Shown in pieces: positions 52,307 to 64,000 of a stretch of 64,000 bases of DNA. Source of the stretch: Lytechinus pictus (taxonomy: Eukaryota). Position 1 is the first letter of the stretch; each line of letters starts with the position of its first letter. The stretch is from the NCBI RefSeq assembly GCF_037042905.1, contig NC_087251.1, positions 25,422,001 through 25,486,000 of the forward strand. The letters are read 5' to 3'. Under the pieces are notes generated by a model that had not been told where the DNA came from, did no database searches, and was given only the letters and a program-made list of their open reading frames with translations. The position numbers and the translations under genes are program-made.

Positions 52307-52459
52307 TGGGGCCGTTTCATAAAGCTGTTAAGAGCCGGGTTAAGAGTGACTTTAAGAACGACTTGGGATCATTTCTTGTGGTAAATGATATAATTGGTGA
52401 TTATTTAGCGCGCTTAAAGTCGCTCTTAACTTACGAACAGCTTAATGAAACGGCCCCAG
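52307..52459. mobile_element. Short palindromic MITE
   Basis: TGGGGCCGTTTCATAAAGCTGTT / AACAGCTTAATGAAACGGCCCCA. Confidence 0.65.
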
Positions 52460-52462
52460 CAT

Positions 52463-53465
52463 AGTAGGCGGATTCAGGGGGCCCGAGATGCCTCCCCCTA
52501 TTAGCGGAGCCAAAAAAAAGAAAAATGGGGGAAATAAAGAAAAAAGAAGGGAAAAGGGAGGAGAAAAAAGAAGGGGAAACATAAGAGGAGGAAGACGAGT
52601 GAATAAAATAAGATGAGGGAAAGACTTGGAAAATAATTTTAAAAATCTTTCATGTCAGTATATAAATTTTTTGCTTGCGATTCGCGCTCGCATTGCCTTA
52701 GGTGATTCACATTTCTTGCTCAATGTGGAGCTTAAAATATAAAATTTTAAAGTCAATATACAAGACATAGTACATCTCGGAAATCGAACTATTATTATTT
52801 CGTTTGATTTACAAATTGATTTTTAAAAAGTGCTCTGTAAAAATTATGTTTTATGGTCTGAATATTAAAATTTTCTGCTCGCGCTGCGCGGTCGCAAACT
52901 TTGATTTGCCAGGTATCTATTATTTTCCTGTATTCCATTAAGTTCTCAAAAATATCCCTATTAAGGTCAGACCCCGTATCACAAAGGTTAGCGATAAATC
53001 GCTAATTTGAAAGAGCCAGTCTACTGGGCAAAATGCGCATATGCAATTACGATGATCTTGATAGGCCATACGGTGATTAATCGCTAATCTTTGAGTTACG
53101 GGGCCCAGATTGTCAAAACGTATCAGCTAGCACTGCACGCTCGCATTTTGATTGGTGTTTTATTTTTATCTCAATATTAATTCTAATACAAACTACTTAA
53201 GATATCCATTTCATGACAGCTAGTTTATCAAAAATTTCGTCTTGGGATTTGCGCTCGCATTTATTGTTGAACATATTAACTCATGCATCTTATTCATTAC
53301 AAAAGTGCTTTAAATGTCCAGTTTTCAAGCCATATAATATTGATAGATTTCGCGCTTATTATATTAATAAATAAGATAAACTGTCCCTTTATTTTCAAAA
53401 TGGAATATCGACAAGTTCCATCTCGCACTTAGGAAGAGAAATAGGAAGATAGTCATAATTTTCTT
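52463..53465. mobile_element. Truncated sister copy of the 53549-56485 element
   Basis: Colinear with 53549-55150 once nested insertions are removed; carries its own small MITE at ~52970-53108. Confidence 0.7.
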
Positions 53466-53710
53466 CAGCACATAGAGACATATTTGTTATGTGTTATGCG
53501 CTATATAAAAACTGTCTATTATTATTACTATTATTATTATTATTATGGCATAGGCGGATCCAGGGGGGCCCGGCCCCCCCCCCCTCCTATTGGTGGAGCA
53601 AAAAAAAGAAATAAAAGGAAAGAAAGAAAAAAAGAGGGAAAGGAGGAAAAGAGAGGAGAAAAAAGAAGAGGAGGAAGACGAGTGAATACAATAAGATGAG
53701 GGGAAGACTT

Positions 53711-54454
53711 CACTCTAAAAATGAAGTGCTAATTCAGCTCTTAAAGAGCGTGTATAGTGACTGCACTTCGGAGTGCTGATTTTTTAGTTCAAATTTGAAC
53801 GAGAAAATCAGCACTCCGAAGTGCAGTCACTATACACGCTCCTTAAAGGAGAATGAAACCCTTGAAAACAGCTGAATCCATATTAAAGAGAAAAATCAAA
53901 GAAACATATTGTTGAAAGTTTGAGGAAGATTGAATGAATAATAAGAAAGTTATGAGCATTTGAATATTGAGATCACTAATGCCATGTAGTTCCTCCCATT
54001 GGCAATGCGACCAAGATCTGTGATGTCACACACGTACAACTCCCTACTACTTATTTCACTTATATTCTCACTTTTATAGAGTCTATCACAAGATGAGGTG
54101 TTCTATTTATGAGAGGACAAGTACAGAGGTTTCACAACATTATATCATTGATGAATCGTTTGTCATATGATTAGAATGAGCAAAAAGAGATGTTTTGGGG
54201 TATATTTTCAGTGTCCAAAAGGGGAGAGTTGTTCATCTGTGACATCATAGATCTTGGTCGCGTTGCCAATGGGAGGATCCATAGCATTAGTGATCTCGAC
54301 ATTCAAATGCTCATAACTCTTCTATTGCTAGTCCTATTTTACTCAAACTTTTGTTGATCTTATTCTTTGATTTTTCTGCTTTCACAAAAGCTAACTTGCT
54401 CCAAGTGTTTCATTCTCCTTTAAGAGCTAAATTAGCACTCCAGTTTTTAGAGTG
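53711..54454. mobile_element. Palindromic CACT..AGTG MITE, interrupted by the 53847-54419 element
   Basis: Termini CACTCTAAAAA/TTTTTAGAGTG. A 2-bp TT duplication is shown by the empty site at ~52621 (AAGACTTGGAAAATAA). Same family as 3493-3656. Confidence 0.8.
53847..54419. mobile_element. TTAA-target MITE (Kolobok-like) with long imperfect inverted arms
   Basis: TIR AGGAGAATGAAAC/GTTTCATTCTCCT, TTAA flanks, internal inverted repeats (CCCATTGGCAA..CGACCAAGATC). Confidence 0.85.
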
Positions 54455-56884
54455 TTGGAAAATAAAAAGAATCTTTCATGTCACTGTATAAAATTTTCGC
54501 TCGCGCTTCGCGCTCGCATTGCCTGTTAGGTAATTTTCATATCTTGTTCAATATGGAGTTCAAATATCAAGTTTGGAAGTCAATATACAAAACATATTTC
54601 ACCTCGGAAATCGAACTTTCATTATTTTGTGTGATTTACAATTTTTTTTTAAAAAGTGCTCTGTAAAAATGTCAGTTTTATGGTCTGAATATTAACATTT
54701 TTTGCTCGTGCTGCGCGCTCGCAAATGCTCATTTATCAGGTACCTATCATTTGTGTGTATTCCATAAAGTTTTCAAAATATCCCTTTTCAGGTCTGGTTG
54801 TCAACACATATCAGCTAGCGCTGCACGCTCGCATTTTGATTGGCAAGTTATGGATGTCTCAATATTGATGATACAACAAACTACTTGAACTCCACTTTTC
54901 ATGACAGTTTTTTTTCAAAAAATTTGGCTCGCGATTTTCGCTTGCACTAATGGTTAAAATATATTAACTTGATGCATCCTATTTATAATTACAAAAGTGC
55001 TTGAAATTTCCAGTTTTCAGGCCATAATATCATCATATTTTGCGCCCTCATTAGGCATTAATGAATAAGATATTAATTTAATAATTAAATTGTCCTTTGT
55101 TTCATCGCGCACTTAGCAAGAGGAATAGGAAGATAGTCATCATTTTCATATGCATGTCTTCAGGATGTCCCGGTCCTATGTTAAAACTCAAAGTAACAAT
55201 AATGATTAAAAATATCAGCTCTCTATTGAGTGCGATCCATATCCACCTCACAATTTTCCTACAAAGTGCTTGAAATATAGAGCTGAAATTGACTCTTTTT
55301 CAGATCGGAATATCAAATAGTTTAATCTCACTTCGCGCTCGCTTTGATTTTCATGATAAAAGATGTATTTAGAATGCCTAGATTCTAGGTCTAAATATGA
55401 AACACGCGCGCGCATGTTACTTTATTCAGATAGTCAACTTGTTCTCTATTTAAATCATTATCCAGTTTCAGATCACAATATCATAGATTTTCTGCTCGCG
55501 CTTTGTGCTCGCATTATTAATGTAGAAAGATCCCCTATTACTCATTCTTTTCATGATTTACAAAACATGAATAGAGTGTCCCGTTCTTAGGTCTAAATCT
55601 CGATTTTTGTTTCGCTCACGCTTCGCGCTCGCATCAATTGTTTAGTTATATACCTATTCTGTTCACGATTACAAAAATTGATTAAAATTTTACATTCTTT
55701 ATGTAGAAATGTCATGTTTTTCAGCTCACGCTTGCATTATTTGATTGTTGAAATATGTAACGTCTTCATGGATAAGTGCAAGCAGTCTTTAACAGGTACA
55801 TTTTCGATCAGTTCAAAACGTAAATAATTTTTTTTTTCTCGCGCTCTGCGCTCGCATCATTGATGTAAGGAAGATCCCCAATTACTCATCCTTTTTATGA
55901 TTTACAAAACTTGTATAGAGTGTCTCGTTTAGCAGGTCTAAATCTCGAAATTTCCCGCTCGCATCAATTGTTTAGTTATATACCTATTCTGTTTAACTTT
56001 GAAAAAGTGCTTAGAATTTCCATTCTTTAGGTAAAAATGTCGAAAAAATTTCAGCTCGCGCTTCGCGCTCGCATTATTTGATTTTTGAAATATGTAACGT
56101 CTTCATGGCTAACTGCAAGCAGTCTTTTACAGTACCTTTTCCATCAGTTCGTTTCTGCTCGCGCTTCACGTTCGTAGTAATTATTTAGTTGCATACACAT
56201 CTTTTTCAGGATAACAAACATTGCCCAGAATGTTCAAAATTTTAGAAAAAAATACATAAGATTTCCAAAAAAATTTAGCTCGCGCTTCGCGCTCGCATTA
56301 CGTGTATATATAGGATTATGGTATTATATATTTATGTTTATTCATAAGAATATAAAGCTAAGAAGTGACTTTTAGGACTACCCCTTCAAAGAAACCAAAA
56401 ATCATCTTCGAGCGGCCGATCGGGGAAAATATGGCTGAAAAAAAATTCCGGACCCCCCTATTGGCGAAGGCTGGATCCGCCCCTGTAATTATTATTTTCA
56501 TTATTATTATTGTTGTTGTTGTCTTAAAATGTGTGCCATCTTCATTCCGCTTTAATTAAGCTCTCTATATACTCCTCTCACCCTTGCCTTGTTTCCTAGG
56601 TACTTAATGGTTACACCAGCTTGGCGTTTACCAGCAAAAAACTGTTCAGTCGAGTTACTACGGGAGTTACCATAAACGGAAACAGAACAGAAATAAAATA
56701 ATAAAAACATCCTCTCTCACCCCCTCTCTCCCTCTCCCACACACACACACACCCTCGCACACACACATACTCTCTCTCTCCCTCTATCTCCCTTTCTTGC
56801 TCTCCACTCAACCCCCCCTCTCTCTCTCTCCATACATGCCATATAGCTCGGGTATTCATGGTATTGAGAAGGTAGGCCTATTAA

Positions 56885-57465
56885 AGGGGAATCCAGCCTT
56901 GGCCATAAAATGTTGTGTTGGGAAGGAGAAAAATAAATTAAACAGAATGGTGAAAGTTTGAAAGAAATCGGACAAGCAATAAGTAAGTTATTGCTGCTTT
57001 AAAATTGAGATCACTAGTACTATGTAGATTTCAAATTGGCAACTGGGTAAGTAAATTATGACAAGGGGCAAGGACAACTTTCCCATAGGCCATGTACTTT
57101 ATTATCAGGGATTTGTGGTTTTCTCTTGAGTACACATTCCCCTGGGGCAGTAATCTAAATATAACCCAGGTAGTATATTGTTTTATGTCCTCATGAAAGA
57201 AATATATAATTTGAAATAAAACTTTTGGGGAAAATGACATTTTAGCCATAATATGTATTGGAGTACATGAAAGAGTAGTCCTTGCCTTACATCACTATGA
57301 CATCCCATATGCGACCAATTTGAATTCTCCATGGGTATAGTGATTACCAATATTTATAACTTTTAAAAATTCATAACTTTCTTGTTTTTTGTCCAATATT
57401 GTTCAAACTTTCACCTATCAACTTTTCCTTATAAAAACAGGTTTTTATTTGGGTTGGATTCCCCT
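56885..57465. mobile_element. TTAA-target MITE (Kolobok-like), copy 2
   Basis: Same TIRs and TTAA flanks; highly similar to 11735-12333. Confidence 0.85.
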
Positions 57466-58150
57466 TTAAGACGGATATAGTATTTTTGTGCCTATATATC
57501 TTAACTTGCAAAACTGGAATCTGCGATTCACACTGACCGCATGTTGTTTTGGAGAAACAATCCATTGCGTAAACATATATTGTAATTTTGGCATAATTAC
57601 CAGAATGAAATATGAACGATTTTATATAAAACTCAACGTAGCAAAAATCAATCTTGTCGCCAAATCAGTAGTTTAATGAGCCAAACATTTTGATAAATTT
57701 TGACATAATACTAAGAAAATAGTATCACAATAATCCACCGTGTTTTCATTCGCTTTTATATTTTTTTCTCATTACTTATGTACAATATCAGTAATACATA
57801 CAACCTTTTTCAAATATTTCACATTTCAGGCATTTTGATTATTGGAGTAAATTAAGGAGTTGACCCAATACATCACAGTATCGTGTCTAATGCTGTCAAT
57901 TTGATATCCCCGTGATATCATGGATATGGTGATTTTAACTTTTTACAACTTAAAAAAATCATAGCTTTCTTTTACAACGGGTTCAAGGCCATTATTTTTT
58001 CAACTCCTGTAACAATTTTTTTAATGGTGACATATGCTAAAAAGTGATCTCTTCAAATCACACAGACATAAAACAAATTTTGTTAGAATAGGGCAGAAAA
58101 TGATCATGCAAAAAAAAAAAAATTTTGCTCCTTATTTTTGGCAGATTTAA

Positions 58151-58721
58151 ATGGGGAATCGAGCCTTGGCCATGAAATGTTGTGTTAGAAAGGAGACAAA
58201 TAAATGAAACAGAATTGCTATGGCTGCTTTGAGATCCCTAATAAGACCAAGTAGATTTCGAATTGGCAACTGGTTAAGTAAATTATGACAAAGGAAGGAC
58301 AACTTTCCCATATAGGCCATGATCTTATCATTTTCAGGAATTCGTGGTTTTCTCCTAAAAGTACCCATTCCCAAATATAATCCAGGTAGTATATGTCCTC
58401 AAGAAAGAAAAATATAAGAAGTTTGAAGTAAAACTTTTGGGGAAAAAATTGTTTTTAGCCGTTTTATGTATTGGAGTAAATGGAAGAGTTGTCCTCGTCT
58501 TCCACATAGAGATATACTATTATTATAGTTTACATCCCTGTGGTCTTCCATCACTATGCCGTCATATGCGGCCAATTTGAAGTCTCCATATATTGTGATT
58601 ACCAAAATTACAACTTTTGAAAATTCATAACTTCCTTATTTTTTGTCCGATATTGTTCAAACTTTCACCTATCAACTTGTTTTCTTTTCCTCTAAACACA
58701 AGCTTTTATTTGGGTTGGATT
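58151..58721. mobile_element. TTAA-target MITE (Kolobok-like), diverged copy 3
   Basis: Colinear but more diverged match to 56885-57465; right TIR eroded. Confidence 0.7.
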
Positions 58722-59849
58722 TTGTACTGCTCCACTTCTTCATGTTCGTCCAGTCTAAATGTCAGGTAAACACCATTGATAATCCACAATTATAACTAAA
58801 ACTTTAATGAAATTGTTTTTTATACATTGTACAAAATCAACACACAACTCAAACGAATCACAGTTATATAATGTAAACATCACTGCATTTGATTGGAAGT
58901 ACTACCCTCTTTAATTTTAGTGCAAGCCATTTTTTACATCCTGAACTTAAAAAAGGGGGAGGGGTTGGAAAGGGTTGCTGTTCGTTAAATCTGTCCTTTT
59001 TGTGTCATCTCATAAAAGAGATATTCAACATATCAATATCAATCTTTAGTTATATTAAGCACTGGCAATGGGGGCTCTAATTGCCTCTCCACAAAAAAAT
59101 TCTACGACCAAGAAAAAAAAAGAGAAAAGGAAAGAAAAGGGAAGGGATAAGGGTAAAATATGATATTATTTTCTGAATATTATGTAAAAATCTATCACAA
59201 ACTTGGATTTTTGTAATTAAAATGTCGAAATTTGTGCTCGCTCGCGAATTTTATCAATTTTGCGCGATACGCCATATCGAGCCCCCTCAAATTTTCGGCT
59301 CATTGCGCCACATGATCTTTACAGATTTTCAAATAATATATATAACAGAATTGAAACAAAATTATCAACACTTGCTATAGCAATAAATCGGTACATATTC
59401 CCTTCCACTCTGAATTAGCATCTAAAGTAGTACAATAATTCACTATTTTCACCCTGTATATGGTTATTTTTCCTCAATATTGAATATTAGGGGTATAATA
59501 GACGACCCAAACCTTTCCCTTTTCGGTCCTTTTTTCTTATTTTCTTCTCCCTTTTTCCTTTCCTCCTTTTCACCACTTGCAAAATCATTAGGGTGGTTGC
59601 CCCTGCCACTTGTGGCGCCGCCCCTGCCCCTAACCCCCCTCCCGGGAAACCCCCTAAATAGATCTAAAAAGTAAAGACTGAATATCTAAATGACGTGGAA
59701 CTTAAACTTAATAATATAATCTAATCTCTTGTAGGTTTATTTTACAGTATCAGATGTTTAGACAAGAAGGTGTAAAAAATCAACATTGTTGTTTTCTTAT
59801 CATTTTTTGGAAGGGTAGTGAAATGATGATTGCTTTATCGAAGGTCAAT

Positions 59850-61558
59850 CTATAGCTGCCAGACGTTACTAAGAAGTCGGATGGCCATGGACAGGTTGGT
59901 GCTCAATCCGACCCCGTAACACAGAGCCCTGATAGGCTGGGGAAGGGGTAGAAGGTATGCTATGCAGTGTAAGAACCTGGAACCAACAAAGATGCGGTAA
60001 TGCCAGATGATGGTGGTAAGAGGGGCGCCCGAGTACACCGCGAAGAGTCCGCCAATGATCACGAAGGGCACGATGTTCTCAAGGTCATTCAAATTGCATC
60101 TGTTTAGGAGGTAAGGTGTAGAAAAAGGGTAGACGGAGCAAGGATTTTATAATGAGAGGTACTGAAAACGGATCGAATAGAAATGTTTGCAATTAAGAAA
60201 TAAAGAGAGAGAGAGAGATAGAGAGAAGGGTTCTCGTTGACATAATTTCCCGCCCCCACTTTAAAAGGGACCTATCACTAGTATATTTCAGTCCTAACTC
60301 TGAATCTAGGAGGGGTACTGAGGTGGCAGCAGGGGGTACTACTCATAATTTTTTGGTTTCCAATAATTTCTAGTCTTGTAAAGTATTTTTTACTTCTTAT
60401 TTTAAACACAAGCGGATAAAATGCGTATATCACTCTCTCTTGATATTTTTTTTAACAAACAATAAATACACAGTTAAAATACAAATCATTCCAACTACGA
60501 TCGTATCAAAATGTTCTTTAAAAAATGTTGTAGTTTATAATTATGAAAATACTCCTTTAGAAGATTATTTTCTCATCAAAACAAACAATTAAATGGATAA
60601 AAACGGCACTAACCTTCTAATTCGTTCAATACGAGGGTGATTGAAAACTGGTCGTCGATCTTTCTTGGTAGACAGAGCGTAATCTTCCTCGTTTGCAAAT
60701 GTCTGCATGTAAATATACAATGGGAAAATGAAACCGCATAAGGATAAATAAATAATGAATAGTCACTTTGTATATGTGGCTGTTTGGTATGTATACAGGA
60801 AAAGCAGCCTCACCCCTCGATCCGGGCAAGTACTAAAATATCAACCGTTTCATGACTGTGATATATCGCTGAAATTATGGGTTTTACGGTGCTTTACCCA
60901 GGGCGCCCTGGAAACGATATTTTTTTTTTACTGGGGGTGTTGAAGTAAATTTAAAAAGCATAAAACAAAACAGAAAAGGTTCACTACAAAATGGAAGTCA
61001 ACTTTGTCCCGAGAAATTTCACAAGCAAAGAAAAAAACTTTTAAATTACAGAATGGAGATCAAATTGGTCCCGAGGAATTTCGAAAGAAAAAAAATGAAG
61101 AAAAAAACACTCATTAATGACTTGTTGTTCATAGGTGTGGTTGTGATTATGGAAAAGGCAGCGAAATCATGAATCCATCAGAATATGGGCCTCCGGGATG
61201 GGCCTATATATGATCAGAATAAATACTTGTGATACTTGTGACAAAACAAACAAACCAAAAAACTCCAAAACCAAACACAAACGACGCTTCCAATTTTGGG
61301 CCTACATACACTTATCTCATGATTTGCCAATAAATGAATTGGTTTTTAGAGTCAGCAATATAATTAAGGTCACGGCTCTCTGGTAGCTGGCATGACCTAT
61401 AAGTGCTTGTCCACATCCATTTAAAATTGAAAATAAATCTCCCTTACCTCGTCTTTTAATCGATAGAATGCAGTCATTGGTCCAAGTATCACCATCTTAA
61501 CGGTAGCCAGCCCTGCATAGGTGGCAAAATATCTCAAGGTTTCTTCTGGGTTTGACAT
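59850..61558 (-). CDS. MGST1: Microsomal glutathione S-transferase 1-like (MAPEG family), 149 aa, 3 exons
   Basis: Exons 61558-61448 (MSNPEETLRYFATYAGLATVKMVILGPMTAFYRLKDE), 60702-60614 (TFANEED...HPRIERIR), 60099-59850 (RCNLNDLENIVPF...RFLHCIAYLLPLPQPIRAL...). GT-AG, phases match, 450 nt. Confidence 0.9.
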
Positions 61559-61613
61559 GATTACAACCAAAATCAGTCTTCGGAATAACAAACAAATGAG
61601 TTGAACTTGGAAG

Positions 61614-61620
61614 TTATATA
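61614..61620 (-). promoter_or_regulatory. Candidate TATA box of the MGST1-like gene
   Basis: TATATAA on the - strand about 55 bp upstream of the ATG at 61558. Confidence 0.3.
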
Positions 61621-62975
61621 TCCGGGTTCTTCATACACTACTGGTACAGCGAAACCAACCTGTCTGTGGTATACCTTTCTGCTCATACAGAGTTCTGTTC
61701 GACTGTTACTATACAACAAAGGAGAGGCACTCTTTCTGGGGAGAAAAAAAAAACCTGTTAAAAAATTATGAATGACCTTGGATCCGAGCGTTCAAACTCG
61801 GATTACAAATAAAGCTGTATTTGAGGTCGTATACGTGTCGGTTTTGTATAACACAAGCTGGAAAATTGAAAATTTTAACATATCATGCAGTATTCTGCCG
61901 ATATAATTTATGTAGATATTGTTTCAAAAATGTGTTAATCGTCTCTTTAGCTGAATAAGTTGCTCATCATAGTAATTCTTTTTGCAATTTTATTTTTTCT
62001 CAGAAATTCACATTAAAAACTCAATAAAAAAATAGATAAACCAAACACATGGAAATTTCATCAAAATTGGACAAGGAATAAGAAAGTTATGACATCATAA
62101 GTTTTGCATTATTTCGTTGAAATAATATGCATGTCTTCCTGAATGTACAATGATGATGTCATATCCTCACTTATTGTGTTGTATTTTATTAAATGAAATC
62201 ATATTTATTCGAATTTTTCTAACAAAGAATTAGAAATATTGGATTGACAACTGATTTAATGCATAAGATAGGCCTTACTAATTGGTGCATGAAACTTGTT
62301 CTTAGTGAAAATTCGATTTCTTTTATTTTTTCTTTTTTTAGAAGGCCATATACCTGACGGTTATGTTTTTACATTTTTTGCCCATTTATTGATGAAAAGT
62401 GATTTCATACCCGCTGCCTCCTCCTCTTTTTTTCCCCACTATACCAGTACAATGATGACCATTATCATGATTATGCACCGGAATGTCGACAGACACTTAG
62501 AGGATATACCGAAACTTAAGAGCGGCTTTAAGACATTTTATTAAGGGTGTAAGGGGTTGGGCTGGGAATCAGGGCAGTTGGCTGTTATGTCACAGTCACA
62601 TCCCCTCCAAATCAATGGTCATTCGAACGGTGTAATTTGATTGGCCTGAGATCGGTTGAAGTGGCTAAAAACAGAGGGACACCTCGTTCAGCCTGATGTG
62701 TTTATGTCTGACCTCGATTTATTATCCAACGAGCCCTGTTACTTGCTGAAGTAAATGTTAGCAATATTTCTGATGCGGAACGTAAAGAGGAGAATAATAC
62801 ACAAAGTGCACTCATCAGAAAGGAGTCAAAGGACTCACAAATTTCAAATTGGTTGCCATGATGACAATCGTGACAACAGGGCGTCGTCAAGATTAGAGAG
62901 AACAAAATTGAAGCTAATCGTAAATCATTTACTTTGTGACCATTACATAACTATCATTCCTTCCGTTAAGTCTAA

Positions 62976-63136
62976 TACCATGGATACATTTGTTCTACGG
63001 CGGCCGTATGGCGAGTCGAAAACAGCCGTTTTTACATTTTTTTTCCAACTACTTATAGGTGGTTTGAATCAAAATTAATAAAACGGCTGTTTTCGTCTCG
63101 CCGTACGGCCGCCGTAGAGCAAATGTGACCAAGGTA
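62976..63136. mobile_element. Palindromic MITE with ~55-bp arms
   Basis: TACCATGGATACATTTGTTCTACGGCGGCCGTATGGCGAGTCGAAAACAGCCGTTTT is mirrored at ~63080-63136; TAA/TTA flanks. Confidence 0.75.
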
Positions 63137-64000
63137 TTATATTTGCCTATAATGTATTCATTGATGTATTCTCCTTTATTGGTCTGTGTGCGCACTTTTC
63201 TTGCCACTTTCACTTATTTATTGTATGGCCCTCAAATATCACTAGTACTATAAATGAAAAAAAAGTAGATAAAGAAAAATGTTTATATTGATCAGATTTT
63301 ACAGAAATTTAGTTTCGGAATTCATATTATAATGAGGTTCTACGAGTAGACGGGTCAATATATGGTTTGATCCTGAACAAATTGCAACAAAAGGTTTTCC
63401 AACTGTTTCTGGTAGTATTTGACCTCAGGAATAACATACCGAAATCCAGGAAAGTGGTTATTTTCAAGATGGCGTACAATATGGCCGCCATATACACTGA
63501 AAATGGATATTAATCACTCATTATTCACCCTGATGTCTAAACGTTGGTTTCAAAAGTCAGAAAAATTAGTTACAACAGTGTACAAGGACAGTTAGTGGTA
63601 CAGTATGTCGAAAAATTCGAGATGGCTTCCAAAAATCGGAGTCTAAAATGACTGCCGTTACTTAAAATGGACATAGTTCATTTAAAATCCACCAAGCAGA
63701 TATGATTTTAGGTGACCACACACTGGCGTAAATCACGGGGGGGGGGGGGATGGGGGGATATATCCCCCCCACACTTTTCGAGGAGGAGGGGATGGCCTGT
63801 ACAAACATCCCCCCACTTTTTACGAAAGAAATGAAAAAAAATCACAAGAGATAATTGTTTTATTGGTGAAAATTTTTCCTAAAATACCGCTTAACAAATA
63901 AAACAATATTATTAAATCATAAAATGCAAATAAAGAGCCATTTCACCATTCCCAAACGAAATACTTATGTCCTTATTATAACATTGAAGAGAAACCCCTG

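Larger units (their letters stand above)
53549..56485. mobile_element. Non-autonomous TIR element with periodic GCTCGCGCTTCGCGCTCGC internal motif
   Basis: Ends CATAGGCGGATCCAG / CTGGATCCGCCCCTG, within a (TAT)n tract; internal motif recurs roughly every 100-120 bp; a truncated sister copy lies immediately upstream. Confidence 0.75.

Noticed and set aside
54490..56300. Repeat-spacer pattern as a CRISPR array
   Set aside because: Eukaryotic context, degenerate repeats, long mutually related spacers, no cas genes, and it lies within TIRs.

Overview
Eukaryotic, AT-rich, intron-containing animal genomic DNA; the repeat types suggest a sea urchin or another invertebrate deuterostome (inference). 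Three spliced genes can be rebuilt by hand with consistent GT-AG phases. (1) A 9-exon, ~1002-aa + strand gene (6328..27103) derived from a Mutator/MULE transposase, with a CaRF-like DNA-binding region, MULE core, SWIM finger and acidic tail; its third catalytic residue appears to be Lys rather than Glu. (2) KLHDC3, - strand, 9 coding exons, 385 aa (38180..45793). (3) An MGST1-like MAPEG gene, - strand, 3 exons, 149 aa (59850..61558). The most notable unannotated structure is a 9.73-kb DNA transposon (6541..16270) in intron 1 of gene 1. It has CAC...GTG 14-bp TIRs, a 4-bp TSD (CCCG), a shared 9-mer at asymmetric spacing from the two ends (RSS-like layout), and decayed exons of a Chapaev/RAG1-like transposase. 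A hAT element with an 8-bp TSD and a CpG-rich interior sits just upstream of KLHDC3. The rest is a LINE fragment, SINE fragments, many nested MITEs and microsatellites. Family assignments rest on recalled motifs; no database search was run.
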